A stretch of DNA of 64,000 bases. It comes from a virus. Positions 50,519-59,083 of this stretch are shown one piece after another; positions within the stretch are counted from its first letter, which is position 1, and the number at the start of each line of letters is the position of its first letter. The stretch is taken from IMG/VR virus record IMGVR_UViG_3300017971_000275, positions 1-64,000 of that record; one strand, written 5' to 3'. A program made the position numbers and the translations under genes. The notes below the pieces were generated by a model. That model did not search any database, was not told where the DNA came from, and saw nothing but the letters and a program-made list of their open reading frames with translations.

Positions 50519-51619
50519 CTAGTACAGCCAAGGGGACGTCTCTTCTACCCACTCACCAGGCTGCCGCTTTTTAGGGGGCGCTTTCTTTGGAGCGGGCTTT
50601 TGTCCCCTCGATGGCTGCTCCATGACCTCTGTAGGCACCTCGACCTTGGTGGGCATTTCTGTAGTAGTTGGTTCCTTTGCTGGTGGGGAAACTTTCCTTC
50701 CTGGTTTAGTGGGAGCATCCTCTCTTCCACCAAGCCCTACAACCTTCTCGCTCCAATCTATATCTTTGCCTACGCGTTTCCACCAATCAAGGGCATTCTC
50801 CGCAATAGCGCTGTCGATGATCGCGTTGACCAACATCAACACATTGTGATTGGGAGATAAGTGCTGTAGAAAAGGATCCACCACTACATCTGGAAGTCGA
50901 TGTGACTTTGCGAGAATCTTGACAACGGCTTCCTTACCCAGTGCACCAGACTTCGGTGGGTTATCTTTTACAAACTGCGGGAAGGCACTCTTGTCGATAT
51001 TGGTTTGCTCGGCCCAAGCCTCCAGCGCGGCTTCAAGGTACTGAAAGGTGTACGGACTCAGTTCTGGTAGCGGAAGCGGTTTGGCGCCAAACTCTACTGG
51101 TGATAGAATTTGATCCGCGTAGCCAGCCGGACCCAACCATGGATCCTCTGGCACAGCAGCGGCCTTTTGCTGCTCCCGTTTTTTCAGCTCTTCTACTGAC
51201 AAGCCCTTGATGGAGTCCACCAACACATTCTTGCCAATCGACTGCACAACGTACACTAGAAATTGGTACAGAGGCGTACGCGGACGAACATCCTTGGAGA
51301 TGGATTTTAATGGAAGGGTTAGAATGAATGGATTTTCGGCGACGAATGCCATGATCCCTTCTGGCCATGCGGCATCTCCTACCATTAAATCCTGCTCAGA
51401 ATCGATCATGTCCTCAAGATCATTGAGAGAGGCAGCCTTCAGAGCCTCTGCCCCGTTAACCCTTAATACACGGTCCATCAACTTATTTACGTACTTCTCC
51501 AATCCAGGGTTGCGGGTGGCCGCCTCCCTGTAAAAAGCACGCTGAGCCAACACATTTGGTTGGCTATATTGCCGGACCGGGGACAAGTCGATAAGCTTTC
51601 TACGTCTGCGCGGATTCAT
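50519..51619 (-). CDS. hypothetical protein
   Basis: Start MNPRR via ATGA overlap. Confidence 0.65.
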   Translation of the reverse strand: MNPRRRRKLIDLSPVRQYSQPNVLAQRAFYREAATRNPGLEKYVNKLMDRVLRVNGAEALKAASLNDLEDMIDSEQDLMVGDAAWPEGIMAFVAENPFILTLPLKSISKDVRPRTPLYQFLVYVVQSIGKNVLVDSIKGLSVEELKKREQQKAAAVPEDPWLGPAGYADQILSPVEFGAKPLPLPELSPYTFQYLEAALEAWAEQTNIDKSAFPQFVKDNPPKSGALGKEAVVKILAKSHRLPDVVVDPFLQHLSPNHNVLMLVNAIIDSAIAENALDWWKRVGKDIDWSEKVVGLGGREDAPTKPGRKVSPPAKEPTTTEMPTKVEVPTEVMEQPSRGQKPAPKKAPPKKRQPGEWVEETSPWLY

Positions 51620-52059
51620 GCTTCGTAAGCTCCACGGATATCTCTGGACCATTCCCACCGAGTGCCATCCCACTCGCCTCGAATTACGTCGTCATAGCTC
51701 AAAACACGAGCTTGGTCATCAAACTCCAGGCCGTCGAGAGCCAACGTGCCCAGCGCGGTAATTTTGAGCACATCGCTTTCGTTTTGAGCGGTGACATCCC
51801 CTACCCATTCGATGGTAGCGTAAGGAAATGCTTCAGACATGTCGGTAGCTGGTGTGAGTTTCGCAACAACTACTGACACCCCTACCTTCCAAGGACGCTC
51901 TGCTTCCGCCAAGTCCTCGGCATTCCCATCCGCTGTACCAGTGCGCTTTCCGCCTACAGCCGTGATAGCACGGTCCATTTCGGCCTGGGCGTCCTCAGAG
52001 GTCAAGGCCTGGCGGTATACTGCGCCCCGATAGCGGATAATTGTAGGTAATCTCGGCAT
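51616..52059 (-). CDS. hypothetical protein, hairpin-tag motif
   Basis: PTIIRYRGAVYRQA. Confidence 0.7.
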   Translation of the reverse strand: MPRLPTIIRYRGAVYRQALTSEDAQAEMDRAITAVGGKRTGTADGNAEDLAEAERPWKVGVSVVVAKLTPATDMSEAFPYATIEWVGDVTAQNESDVLKITALGTLALDGLEFDDQARVLSYDDVIRGEWDGTRWEWSRDIRGAYEA

Positions 52060-52085
52060 TGTTCTGCTGGAAGGTTAGCTAGCTG

Positions 52086-52469
52086 CTAAACCCAAGCAGA
52101 ACCATCGTTGGTGACCAGCGCGCCCAACGTGGTGTCGAAGACCACGTGGCCAATCGGCACCGAGGTGGGTGCCGGCAGCGAAGCAGTTGGCATGGATGGA
52201 GCGAGCACCACTGGGGTAGCGATGGCCGATTCCAGACCACGCACGGCGTTGGCTGTGATGGGGTAACCATTCAAGGTCACGGCTGCACGGCCAGCGGCGA
52301 TCAGGTTGGCGAGCTCCTCACTGCGGAACTTGTCTTGCGAGAAGATCCACGCTGGAACGTCTTTGGCTTTGCCGGGAGCAATGCTGGCACCAGACAGGCT
52401 GAGTGCATATCCGCTGGTGTTCTTGACGTTCAGCATCTTTGTGGCCGACAGAATAGTTCGGTAACCCAT
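52086..52469 (-). CDS. small virion protein (fibre/decoration-like C-terminus)
   Basis: AGGAG RBS; LPAPTSVPIGHVVFDTTLGALVTNDGSAWV. Confidence 0.65.
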   Translation of the reverse strand: MGYRTILSATKMLNVKNTSGYALSLSGASIAPGKAKDVPAWIFSQDKFRSEELANLIAAGRAAVTLNGYPITANAVRGLESAIATPVVLAPSMPTASLPAPTSVPIGHVVFDTTLGALVTNDGSAWV

Positions 52470-52570
52470 TTCAGTCACTCCTGAAGTGATGTGGTGAGAA
52501 TAGATACACAAGTGCACGACTAGTCGTACACAACCAATATAGAATAACCTAAATTGATTTGTCGCGGAGG

Positions 52571-52924
52571 TTACTCATGCTTGCGTAAAGAATTGAGGAC
52601 CCAGGATTCACCGGCTCGCTCCCAGTAAATGGCAGCGCAAGCCTTGCAGGCTTTGAACAAAGCCTTACCGGTGATCTCTATATCCAAGTCCTTTGCCATC
52701 CCCCAAGTATTATCGGGATCGCCACAAAGTGGGGCACCTTTTCCACCACTGAACTGTGGTCCGTCTGGACCAACCTCCCGCAGATGAAATGGTTCCAAAG
52801 GCGATGCATCGATCTTCATGCAGAAAGCGTACTTGGAGTCTTTTGCAAGAGGAGACATTTGTGCACTCCACAATAAGTGCCCATCAAAATAATTATGGGT
52901 CGAGGGTGTAGTAAAGGTGCTCAT
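52571..52924 (-). CDS. hypothetical protein (H..LCG..CxxC)
   Basis: GAGG RBS. Confidence 0.6.
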   Translation of the reverse strand: MSTFTTPSTHNYFDGHLLWSAQMSPLAKDSKYAFCMKIDASPLEPFHLREVGPDGPQFSGGKGAPLCGDPDNTWGMAKDLDIEITGKALFKACKACAAIYWERAGESWVLNSLRKHE

Positions 52925-52961
52925 GGCCTCAAAGAATAACTAGGTTGGAGGAAGAGGGAGA

Positions 52962-53528
52962 TTAGGCTGCGCGGGACTGAGGCCACAGCCAGCTGATGTA
53001 GTCGGTCCACTGCTGAGGAATAGACTTCTCCGACAAACTCTTCACCAGAATGGCTGGTAGCCATCTAGGCGCCTTGGGTTGACGGAGTAGCTTCATGTCC
53101 GCTTCCTGGGGAGTACGATCCCCTTTACCCTGGTTGCAGGGACCGCAAGCTGTCACGATGTTGGTCCAGATCGTGCGGCCTCCACGTGAACGTGGCACCA
53201 CGTGGTCAAACGTCAAATCCGACGCCTTGAACCGATCACCGCAGTACTGGCAAGTCCAGCCATCTCGCGCGTACAAGTAGAACCGCGTGAACTTCACATC
53301 GGGCGGTGGACGCTTCGAGCGCTTCCCGAGCCACATCACGTTCCGACGAAGCCAGATCACCGCAGGCACGTCAAAGGTCTCGCGCGCCGAATGCACCTGA
53401 TCGGGGTAGGTGTTTAGTACAGCGGCTTTTTCTAGGTACACCATGGTTATGGCGCGCTGCCAGTTAACCACCCTGACTGGTTCATATCCTTGGTTTAGTA
53501 CGAGAGTTCTGAGGCTGGGCGTAGTCAT
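52962..53528 (-). CDS. HNH endonuclease (McrA-like, bacterial type)
   Basis: TLVLNQGYEP, RDGWTCQYCG, TFDHVVPRSRGG, NIVTACGPCNQGKG. Confidence 0.92.
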   Translation of the reverse strand: MTTPSLRTLVLNQGYEPVRVVNWQRAITMVYLEKAAVLNTYPDQVHSARETFDVPAVIWLRRNVMWLGKRSKRPPPDVKFTRFYLYARDGWTCQYCGDRFKASDLTFDHVVPRSRGGRTIWTNIVTACGPCNQGKGDRTPQEADMKLLRQPKAPRWLPAILVKSLSEKSIPQQWTDYISWLWPQSRAA

Positions 53529-53550
53529 GATGAGCTCCTTGCAGAATGAG

Positions 53551-53604
53551 TTACCGTAAGAAGAACTGCCGGATCAAAAAGCGTTCAAACGTGCGTAAAG
53601 ACAT
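53551..53604 (-). CDS. 17-aa leader peptide MSLRTFERFLIRQFFLR
   Basis: AGGAG RBS; lies between the promoter and the HNH gene. Confidence 0.5.
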   Translation of the reverse strand: MSLRTFERFLIRQFFLR

Positions 53605-53623
53605 GTTGATCTCCTGTGCCTAT

Positions 53624-53652
53624 GTTATAAGCGGTGGGGCGGTCAGTGTCAA
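53624..53652 (-). promoter_or_regulatory. sigma70-like promoter
   Basis: TTGACA-N17-TATAAC. Confidence 0.7.
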
Positions 53653-53659
53653 GTCTGAT

Positions 53660-53745
53660 TGCTCGCACCGGGAGTCGAACCCGGATAGGGACTAAGCCCC
53701 GGGGGATTTTAAGTCCCCTGTGTCTACCTACTTCACCATGCGAGC
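53660..53745 (-). tRNA. tRNA-Leu(TAA)
   Basis: GCTCGCA/TGCGAGC acceptor, GGGGA-CTTAAAA-TCCCC, long variable arm, TTCGACT T-loop. Confidence 0.92.
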
Positions 53746-53752
53746 ATAGTAG

Positions 53753-53950
53753 CTACTCATCAAGTATATGACGGTCCAAACGTTCTTTGGCAACCTCTTC
53801 TACCGATTCTCTGGTGACGTTGGGGTTCTCTATGTTGGCGTTGCCGAACGCGAAGCTGATCCTCTGCTCCTGCCGCTCCTCGTTGGTCATCGGCCGTTTG
53901 GAGAGCTCCTCAGCTTTTTTATACAGCTCCTCTTCAGAACGACGTGTCAT
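53753..53950 (-). CDS. small hypothetical protein
   Basis: GAGGA RBS; EQRISFAFGN. Confidence 0.6.
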   Translation of the reverse strand: MTRRSEEELYKKAEELSKRPMTNEERQEQRISFAFGNANIENPNVTRESVEEVAKERLDRHILDE

Positions 53951-54101
53951 TCCTCTTCCTCCCAGGTGCCTTCGTCAACCTGCTTGACTACAAAATCCAC
54001 AAACCAATTGGGGACCTCGCAGGCGCCCGAGCTTGTGGTGTAAGGTATGAGCTCATTGGACATGACTCCGTAAAGCTCCAGAATAGAATCAGCTGCGCTG
54101 C

Positions 54102-54350
54102 TCAAGCTTCGCTCCTAGTATTATGCGTCTCCTGCTTCCACGACCACTCTCCGGTGCGAGGGTCCCATTCACTTTTGCATTTTCGGCAACGCAAAAATCC
54201 ACTGAGCACCTGCAGCTTCTCATGACATCTATTGCACACTGTTGGCGCATCACCATCCAGGAATCTGTTTATCACCTCAGTAAGGAGTTCTACCTCTAAA
54301 TGAAGATGTATCACAACGGTTTCGTTGTCGTGCCTACCGACCAAGCTCAT
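54102..54350 (-). CDS. zinc-ribbon protein
   Basis: CNRC...CRKC. Confidence 0.55.
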   Translation of the reverse strand: MSLVGRHDNETVVIHLHLEVELLTEVINRFLDGDAPTVCNRCHEKLQVLSGFLRCRKCKSEWDPRTGEWSWKQETHNTRSEA

Positions 54351-54493
54351 TATACACCCCTTCTACCCCAATCCAGGTCTGAAGTATCGGTTGCCGTCGT
54401 GGTCCACGGATACCGTGGCGACGCCTATGACCTTGTTTTCTTCGTTGATACTTTGCAGCGTTACCGCCTGCCCGTAATGGAGATCTGTGTGGC

Positions 54494-54907
54494 CTATGCT
54501 CTTTTCAACAAGCTCGGGGTCAAACACGTACTCGCCCCACTTGGATTTTTCTCTTCATCCACAAAAACCACAGGCCGGTACTTTGGGTTGAAGCGACCCG
54601 CTACCTCACGAAGCAAAACCTGCACGACCCCGTCAAGCCGTTGTATTTCCTCTGCCATGGCAGTAAGAGTTTCAGATACCTTTGTTGGGAAGTCTTGCAT
54701 GGGGACGTAATCGAGGTCCGCCCTGTAGTTGGCTATATGCGGTCCGACACCATCCCAGCTGTAACTCCTACCACCATCACTATCGTCCAGGTACGAGCCA
54801 CAGCCCAAGCAAACGTAACCATGCCTCAGGCGAAACCACTCCGCATCCCGCGTATTGTTGGAACAGTGCCAACAAGGCTCAGGCTCTTTTTTGTTCTGTT
54901 CGCTCAT
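54494..54907 (-). CDS. zinc-ribbon protein
   Basis: CWHC...CLGC; ATGA overlap. Confidence 0.6.
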   Translation of the reverse strand: MSEQNKKEPEPCWHCSNNTRDAEWFRLRHGYVCLGCGSYLDDSDGGRSYSWDGVGPHIANYRADLDYVPMQDFPTKVSETLTAMAEEIQRLDGVVQVLLREVAGRFNPKYRPVVFVDEEKNPSGASTCLTPSLLKRA

Positions 54908-55131
54908 GGGTTTTTCCTGGGAAATTTTCTTATGAGATCAAACCAGCTGTGCGTAAGGACAGGAGAGCCACAAACTGGGCAGAGTGGCCTGGACTCACCA
55001 GCTTCGTAGTCCTCGTCTGAGGCGAGAGTATGGTCGTAGCAGACACAGCAGAAATACACACTGACATCAGTCGCGTTTGCTGTGTTCGTGACGTCAACGT
55101 CGTCTGAGCATAGCATTTTAGGTTCACTCAT
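54904..55131 (-). CDS. zinc-ribbon protein
   Basis: CCVC...CPVC; AAGGAG RBS. Confidence 0.6.
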   Translation of the reverse strand: MSEPKMLCSDDVDVTNTANATDVSVYFCCVCYDHTLASDEDYEAGESRPLCPVCGSPVLTHSWFDLIRKFPRKNP

Positions 55132-55146
55132 GCAGAAACTCCTTTA

Positions 55147-55220
55147 TGCTGCTGGTGAGAGTCGAACTCACAACATCTCGATTTTGAGTCGAGCGCCTCT
55201 GCCGATTGGGCCACAGCAGC
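55147..55220 (-). tRNA. tRNA-Leu(CAA), short variable loop
   Basis: GCTGCTG/CAGCAGC, CTCGA-CTCAAAA-TCGAG, GTGAG-TTCGACT-CTCAC. Confidence 0.88.
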
Positions 55221-55224
55221 TTAT

Positions 55225-55308
55225 TGCTGGCGGAGGGACTCGAACCCCCACGGGATTTCTCCCACTGGATCCTAAATCCAGGGTGGCTACCAATTACACC
55301 ACGCCAGC
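55225..55308 (-). tRNA. tRNA-Leu(TAG)
   Basis: GCTGGCG/CGCCAGC, CTGGA-TTTAGGA-TCCAG, long variable arm, TTCGAGT. Confidence 0.92.
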
Positions 55309-55354
55309 TCATAAGTGTATTTTACAAGACCGCCTTCCACTGCCAACAACTGCC

Positions 55355-55394
55355 AAAACAAAAAGGGGGAGGAGCCCCGAAGAACTCCTCCCCC
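55355..55394 (-). terminator. intrinsic terminator of the TROVE-vWA/ARPP operon
   Basis: GGGGGAGGAG-N10-CTCCTCCCCC-TTTTTGTTTT. Confidence 0.9.
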
Positions 55395-55423
55395 GAAAGG
55401 GCTTGGGTGGGACTATTCCCAAG

Positions 55424-56455
55424 CTAAATCTGGAACGCTCTGGTGAGCTTCCAGCCTTTGCGAGGATCCCATCCCTCAGACATTACCATCGACGCGTACA
55501 GGATGCTATCCGTGTTCGTGTCCGAGGCGATCTGCCCGAAGAACTGGTCGTTGCGGATCGTGGTCAGTCTGGCGACAGTGCTCCGTCCCTGCTCTGTCTC
55601 CTTGTGGAAAGGAGTATCCAACAGATCGCGCACCTGCTTCCTGACTAGCTCATCCTGCTGCTGGTCGGCGCTCTCCAACGCGTCACACAAGGCGTCCATG
55701 TTGGTGAGGTCATCTACCTGCAGAGGCGTTCTGGTCTTGAGAACCTTGTCCGCATCCTGCTTCTGGCGCGAAGCCATGATGGCAGCAGAACCGTAGCAAA
55801 CACGGACCAGTGGTTCCCATACAGATTTCCAGTACGCAGCTGAAGGAGCTCGCTCGACGCCAACCACGTTACCGCTGATCAGGATGATGGCACCAACCTG
55901 GTTGTCTACGATCTCGAACTCTGCGATGAACTGATCCAGCTCCTCGGCGAACTGCTGCATGTACTGCACCAGGTTCTGTGTGGAGCTCATACCAGATTGC
56001 GCAGAAAAGGAGCCGATGGACTGCCATAGCTTGTTGTACCGTCGATCCTTTCTCTTCTCCAACGCTGGACGACGCAAAGCCAGCGGCAGAATCAGCATCT
56101 TGTGCTGGTCCTCGCGAATGTAGCCACCCTGCGTAGCCTGGATGCACATGGCGTTGTCCCAGACCTCCCGTCCCTTCGGAGGAACGATACCAGCGGTTGC
56201 CATCGCATGGTCCTGCGCTGCCTGCTTGACAACGTAACCAACATGTGTTGGCAGCAGAACTGGCTTGCCCGAAGGGTTCGAGAAGACCATTTCTCCGTAG
56301 TTGCGCGTCCCGACGCGGACCACGTCTGGATTCTCGAAGCGGTCATCCTGTAGATCTTCATCGAGGATCAACGGAATCACCTGCATCACACCGACCGTCT
56401 GGATGCGCCCGACTTCGCAACCGCGAAGGATTTCTTTGATCGTTAGAGGCTGCAT
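55424..56455 (-). CDS. ARPP-like domain protein (ARPP-1/DUF6569-like)
   Basis: QTVGVMQVIPL, NPSGKPVLL, QDHAM..GIVP, CIQ, QVGAIILISG.VVGVE; coupled to vWA gene. Confidence 0.6.
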   Translation of the reverse strand: MQPLTIKEILRGCEVGRIQTVGVMQVIPLILDEDLQDDRFENPDVVRVGTRNYGEMVFSNPSGKPVLLPTHVGYVVKQAAQDHAMATAGIVPPKGREVWDNAMCIQATQGGYIREDQHKMLILPLALRRPALEKRKDRRYNKLWQSIGSFSAQSGMSSTQNLVQYMQQFAEELDQFIAEFEIVDNQVGAIILISGNVVGVERAPSAAYWKSVWEPLVRVCYGSAAIMASRQKQDADKVLKTRTPLQVDDLTNMDALCDALESADQQQDELVRKQVRDLLDTPFHKETEQGRSTVARLTTIRNDQFFGQIASDTNTDSILYASMVMSEGWDPRKGWKLTRAFQI

Positions 56456-56456
56456 A

Positions 56457-58577
56457 TTACACCTCCTGCTGCAGCTCGTCCATCGGACGTTGTAGTACAG
56501 CCGCAGCCTGCTGACCGAGTTTCGTGTACAGGACGTAGTCTGTGCTTCGACCTGCTTTCTTGACTAGCCTACGGCGCCTTAGCGCTTCGACTGTCTGTGG
56601 CCTCACGCCAGCACCGCGGTAGTTGATTTTCCCGTCGACCTGGACTCTGTCCATATCAACGAGAGCATCGCGCATCGTCGGAGAGAGCTCACCGACAACG
56701 TCAAGTAGACGCTGCGTTACTGCCACCGAACGTCGCCGTCGTGGCTTGGGCAGCTCCACCTTAGGCGCCTGGAGCGCCTTCTGGCCCTGCCGCAGCAGCG
56801 CACGCAGACCGTTGAGCGGATCCTGCTCCAACGCTTCACGTAGAAGCGCAGTCCCGAAAGACTTGGGATCCTGCACAGGCATCGTCGGGATCACCCCTGA
56901 AGCCAATGAGCGCACCGAAGCAGTCTCCGCAGCAGACACAGGGTTCAGGTGGTAGATGGGCGTCGAAACCCCCATCTGCCTGATGGCCCGGACAGTCTCA
57001 GCGAAACGTCCAGCTGGGGTGTTGTCGTAACCATCGCTGATCACGTACACCGCAGACGGACGGTGATCGCGCATCGCTTTGGCCAGCGGCAACGCCAACG
57101 AGGTGTCCCCCGATGGACGTACCAGCCTACCACTGCGCTTACCACCAACCAGAACCCGACGGGCTCCTGCAGCTTGTAGCATGTCGCTCAGCGCCAAAGC
57201 AGATGCCATTGGACGAAGCTTCTGCGTCTCATCTCCAGACATCGAGCCTGAGGCGTCGACGATGACCACTGCATCAGAGCAGTCGAACGGCAGCAACGTG
57301 GCTGCCTGCTCAGCTTTCTCATCCAGCACATCGCGAATCTCCGCCGTCATCCCACGCTCGTAAGCGTAGACGTACAGCTTGATCGCGTCGTAGCGCTTCG
57401 GATCAAAGTCAGCCTTCGCCCCAGCTCGCTGCAGGCGCCGCTGGTGCTTGATCTTCTGCCCGTCAGTGAGCGCCTTCGTCTTCGACGTCAGACGCAATAC
57501 GTCGTCATGTGAGCGATCCTTGTGGAACACAGACCGGATACCTTCCAGAACTTCTGGGGGCAGGTTGCGTCCATCACGCAGGTCGTCACGCGCGTTGACG
57601 TAAGCCTTCAGGAGCGGAACCGTCCACGACTCTTCTGTGCTACCCAGCACAAACGCGACACACTGGCTGACGTGCCCTCGGTCGTTGTCGGTGTAGGCCC
57701 ACACGTGATCGTTGAGGATCCCGCGCTCTTTTTGCGTCCAGTGACGCTTACGGCAAATGCTGGCCACCATTGAAGCGGCGCGCTTACCCCACGCGTGCTG
57801 GAGCGCCCGACGCATCTTCCGGCGGTACTTGACAGCCCACCAGTCGAGCTTATCGGACCCCAAGATTGAGGTCAGGATCACCCGGCGCGTACGCTTATTG
57901 TTGCAGCCCGACTGATGCAGCATCTCGAAGAGCTGGAACATACGCGGAGCGGTAACCGCATTGACCAGGGCGGTGATGAGCTCGCGCTCACGCTGCAGGT
58001 CATACTGCGTAGGACGTCCCACTCCTGGCCACTCCAACAGCATCCACGCGGCCAGCTTACGTGCGTTGTCCGTCAAACCTGACAGGCACGACAGCAATCC
58101 GTAGGCGCCGCGGTCGATACTGAACATCGCGGCGTGCGCCAGCTTCTCGGCGCGCTGCTGGTCTTCCTTGGTGTTGTAGTGCGTTGCCCGGTTCATACCA
58201 GTCGTCGCCTGATCCAAGTAAGACGCCACTACGCGTCCAACGATCCGCTGCTCGCGCGGGTTGAGGTTTACTCTATCACCGCGCAATAGTTTCTTGGCGA
58301 GGCCAGGAACCTCTGGGATCGCGTAGCGCTCGCAGAAAATGCGGTTGCTGGTGCACTTATTGTACACCTTGTCCGCATCGGCTTGGTCTGGAACGATGTA
58401 ACCGTCCAGTAGCCTACCGTTGGGACCAGGAACTGCTTTGAGTCCCGGCTCCACGGACAAGCCGAGCTTGAGCCCGAACTTGCGCCCGCGCTCGCTGCCG
58501 TCGATGAACAACACGTGAGAGGTGGACTTCGCCCCCAGCTCACGGCGCAACTTGGTCGTTTGTAGTCCCTTACGCAT
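56457..58577 (-). CDS. TROVE/Ro60-like helical domain plus vWA protein
   Basis: Arg/Lys-rich helical N-region, then MIDAS VIVDASGSM, GDTS and VISDGYDN; start at MRKG after AAAGGGA. Confidence 0.72.
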   Translation of the reverse strand: MRKGLQTTKLRRELGAKSTSHVLFIDGSERGRKFGLKLGLSVEPGLKAVPGPNGRLLDGYIVPDQADADKVYNKCTSNRIFCERYAIPEVPGLAKKLLRGDRVNLNPREQRIVGRVVASYLDQATTGMNRATHYNTKEDQQRAEKLAHAAMFSIDRGAYGLLSCLSGLTDNARKLAAWMLLEWPGVGRPTQYDLQRERELITALVNAVTAPRMFQLFEMLHQSGCNNKRTRRVILTSILGSDKLDWWAVKYRRKMRRALQHAWGKRAASMVASICRKRHWTQKERGILNDHVWAYTDNDRGHVSQCVAFVLGSTEESWTVPLLKAYVNARDDLRDGRNLPPEVLEGIRSVFHKDRSHDDVLRLTSKTKALTDGQKIKHQRRLQRAGAKADFDPKRYDAIKLYVYAYERGMTAEIRDVLDEKAEQAATLLPFDCSDAVVIVDASGSMSGDETQKLRPMASALALSDMLQAAGARRVLVGGKRSGRLVRPSGDTSLALPLAKAMRDHRPSAVYVISDGYDNTPAGRFAETVRAIRQMGVSTPIYHLNPVSAAETASVRSLASGVIPTMPVQDPKSFGTALLREALEQDPLNGLRALLRQGQKALQAPKVELPKPRRRRSVAVTQRLLDVVGELSPTMRDALVDMDRVQVDGKINYRGAGVRPQTVEALRRRRLVKKAGRSTDYVLYTKLGQQAAAVLQRPMDELQQEV

Positions 58578-58652
58578 GGCGGGTGTCCCTTTCTGCACTG
58601 GTGAGAGTGCAAGTAATAATGTGTGGCCTTAATAAAAGCGGCCAGCAGATAC

Positions 58653-58681
58653 TTTATAAACAGTCGGTATGTCGTTGTCAA
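58653..58681 (-). promoter_or_regulatory. sigma70-like promoter for the TROVE-vWA operon
   Basis: TTGACA-N17-TATAAA, 8 nt beyond the last CRISPR repeat. Confidence 0.7.
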
Positions 58682-58689
58682 GTGTCAAG

Positions 58690-59083
58690 CGTACCACTAA
58701 CACGTGCGTGTGGAGCGCTTGCCGTGCCAGCAGGAGGCAGACAACACCGATTCGTACCACCCACACGTACGTTGGAAGCATATAGCATGGCAGCGACGTC
58801 CTTGCTGGACATGAACGTACCATCCACACATAGGTGGGAAGCACGAAGAGCTGGGCCGGCAGGTCTTCCAGAGGCAGCGTACCATCCACACATACGTGGG
58901 AAGCATCTATAGCCAGGAGGGCCAGTCCGTCGATCGCGGCGTACCACCCACACGTGCGTAGGGAGCACGTACTGTCTGCTTACCCCTAGGCAATGCCTGC
59001 AAGTACCACCCACACGTACATGGGAAGCGCTCAGCGCGTGGGCAGGGCCACAAGCCGGGGCTACGTACCACCCACATGCGTGT
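58690..59083 (-). CRISPR. CRISPR array: 6 full plus 1 partial 29-bp type I-E-like repeats, 6 spacers of 33-34 bp
   Basis: Repeats start (+) at 58690, 58753, 58816, 58878, 58940, 59002, 59064; minus-strand consensus GTGCTTCCCACGTACGTGTGGGTGGTACG; unique spacers. Confidence 0.88.

Noticed and set aside
58719-59063. Self-targeting spacers
   Set aside because: No protospacer match was noticed within this window by eye; a proper alignment is needed.
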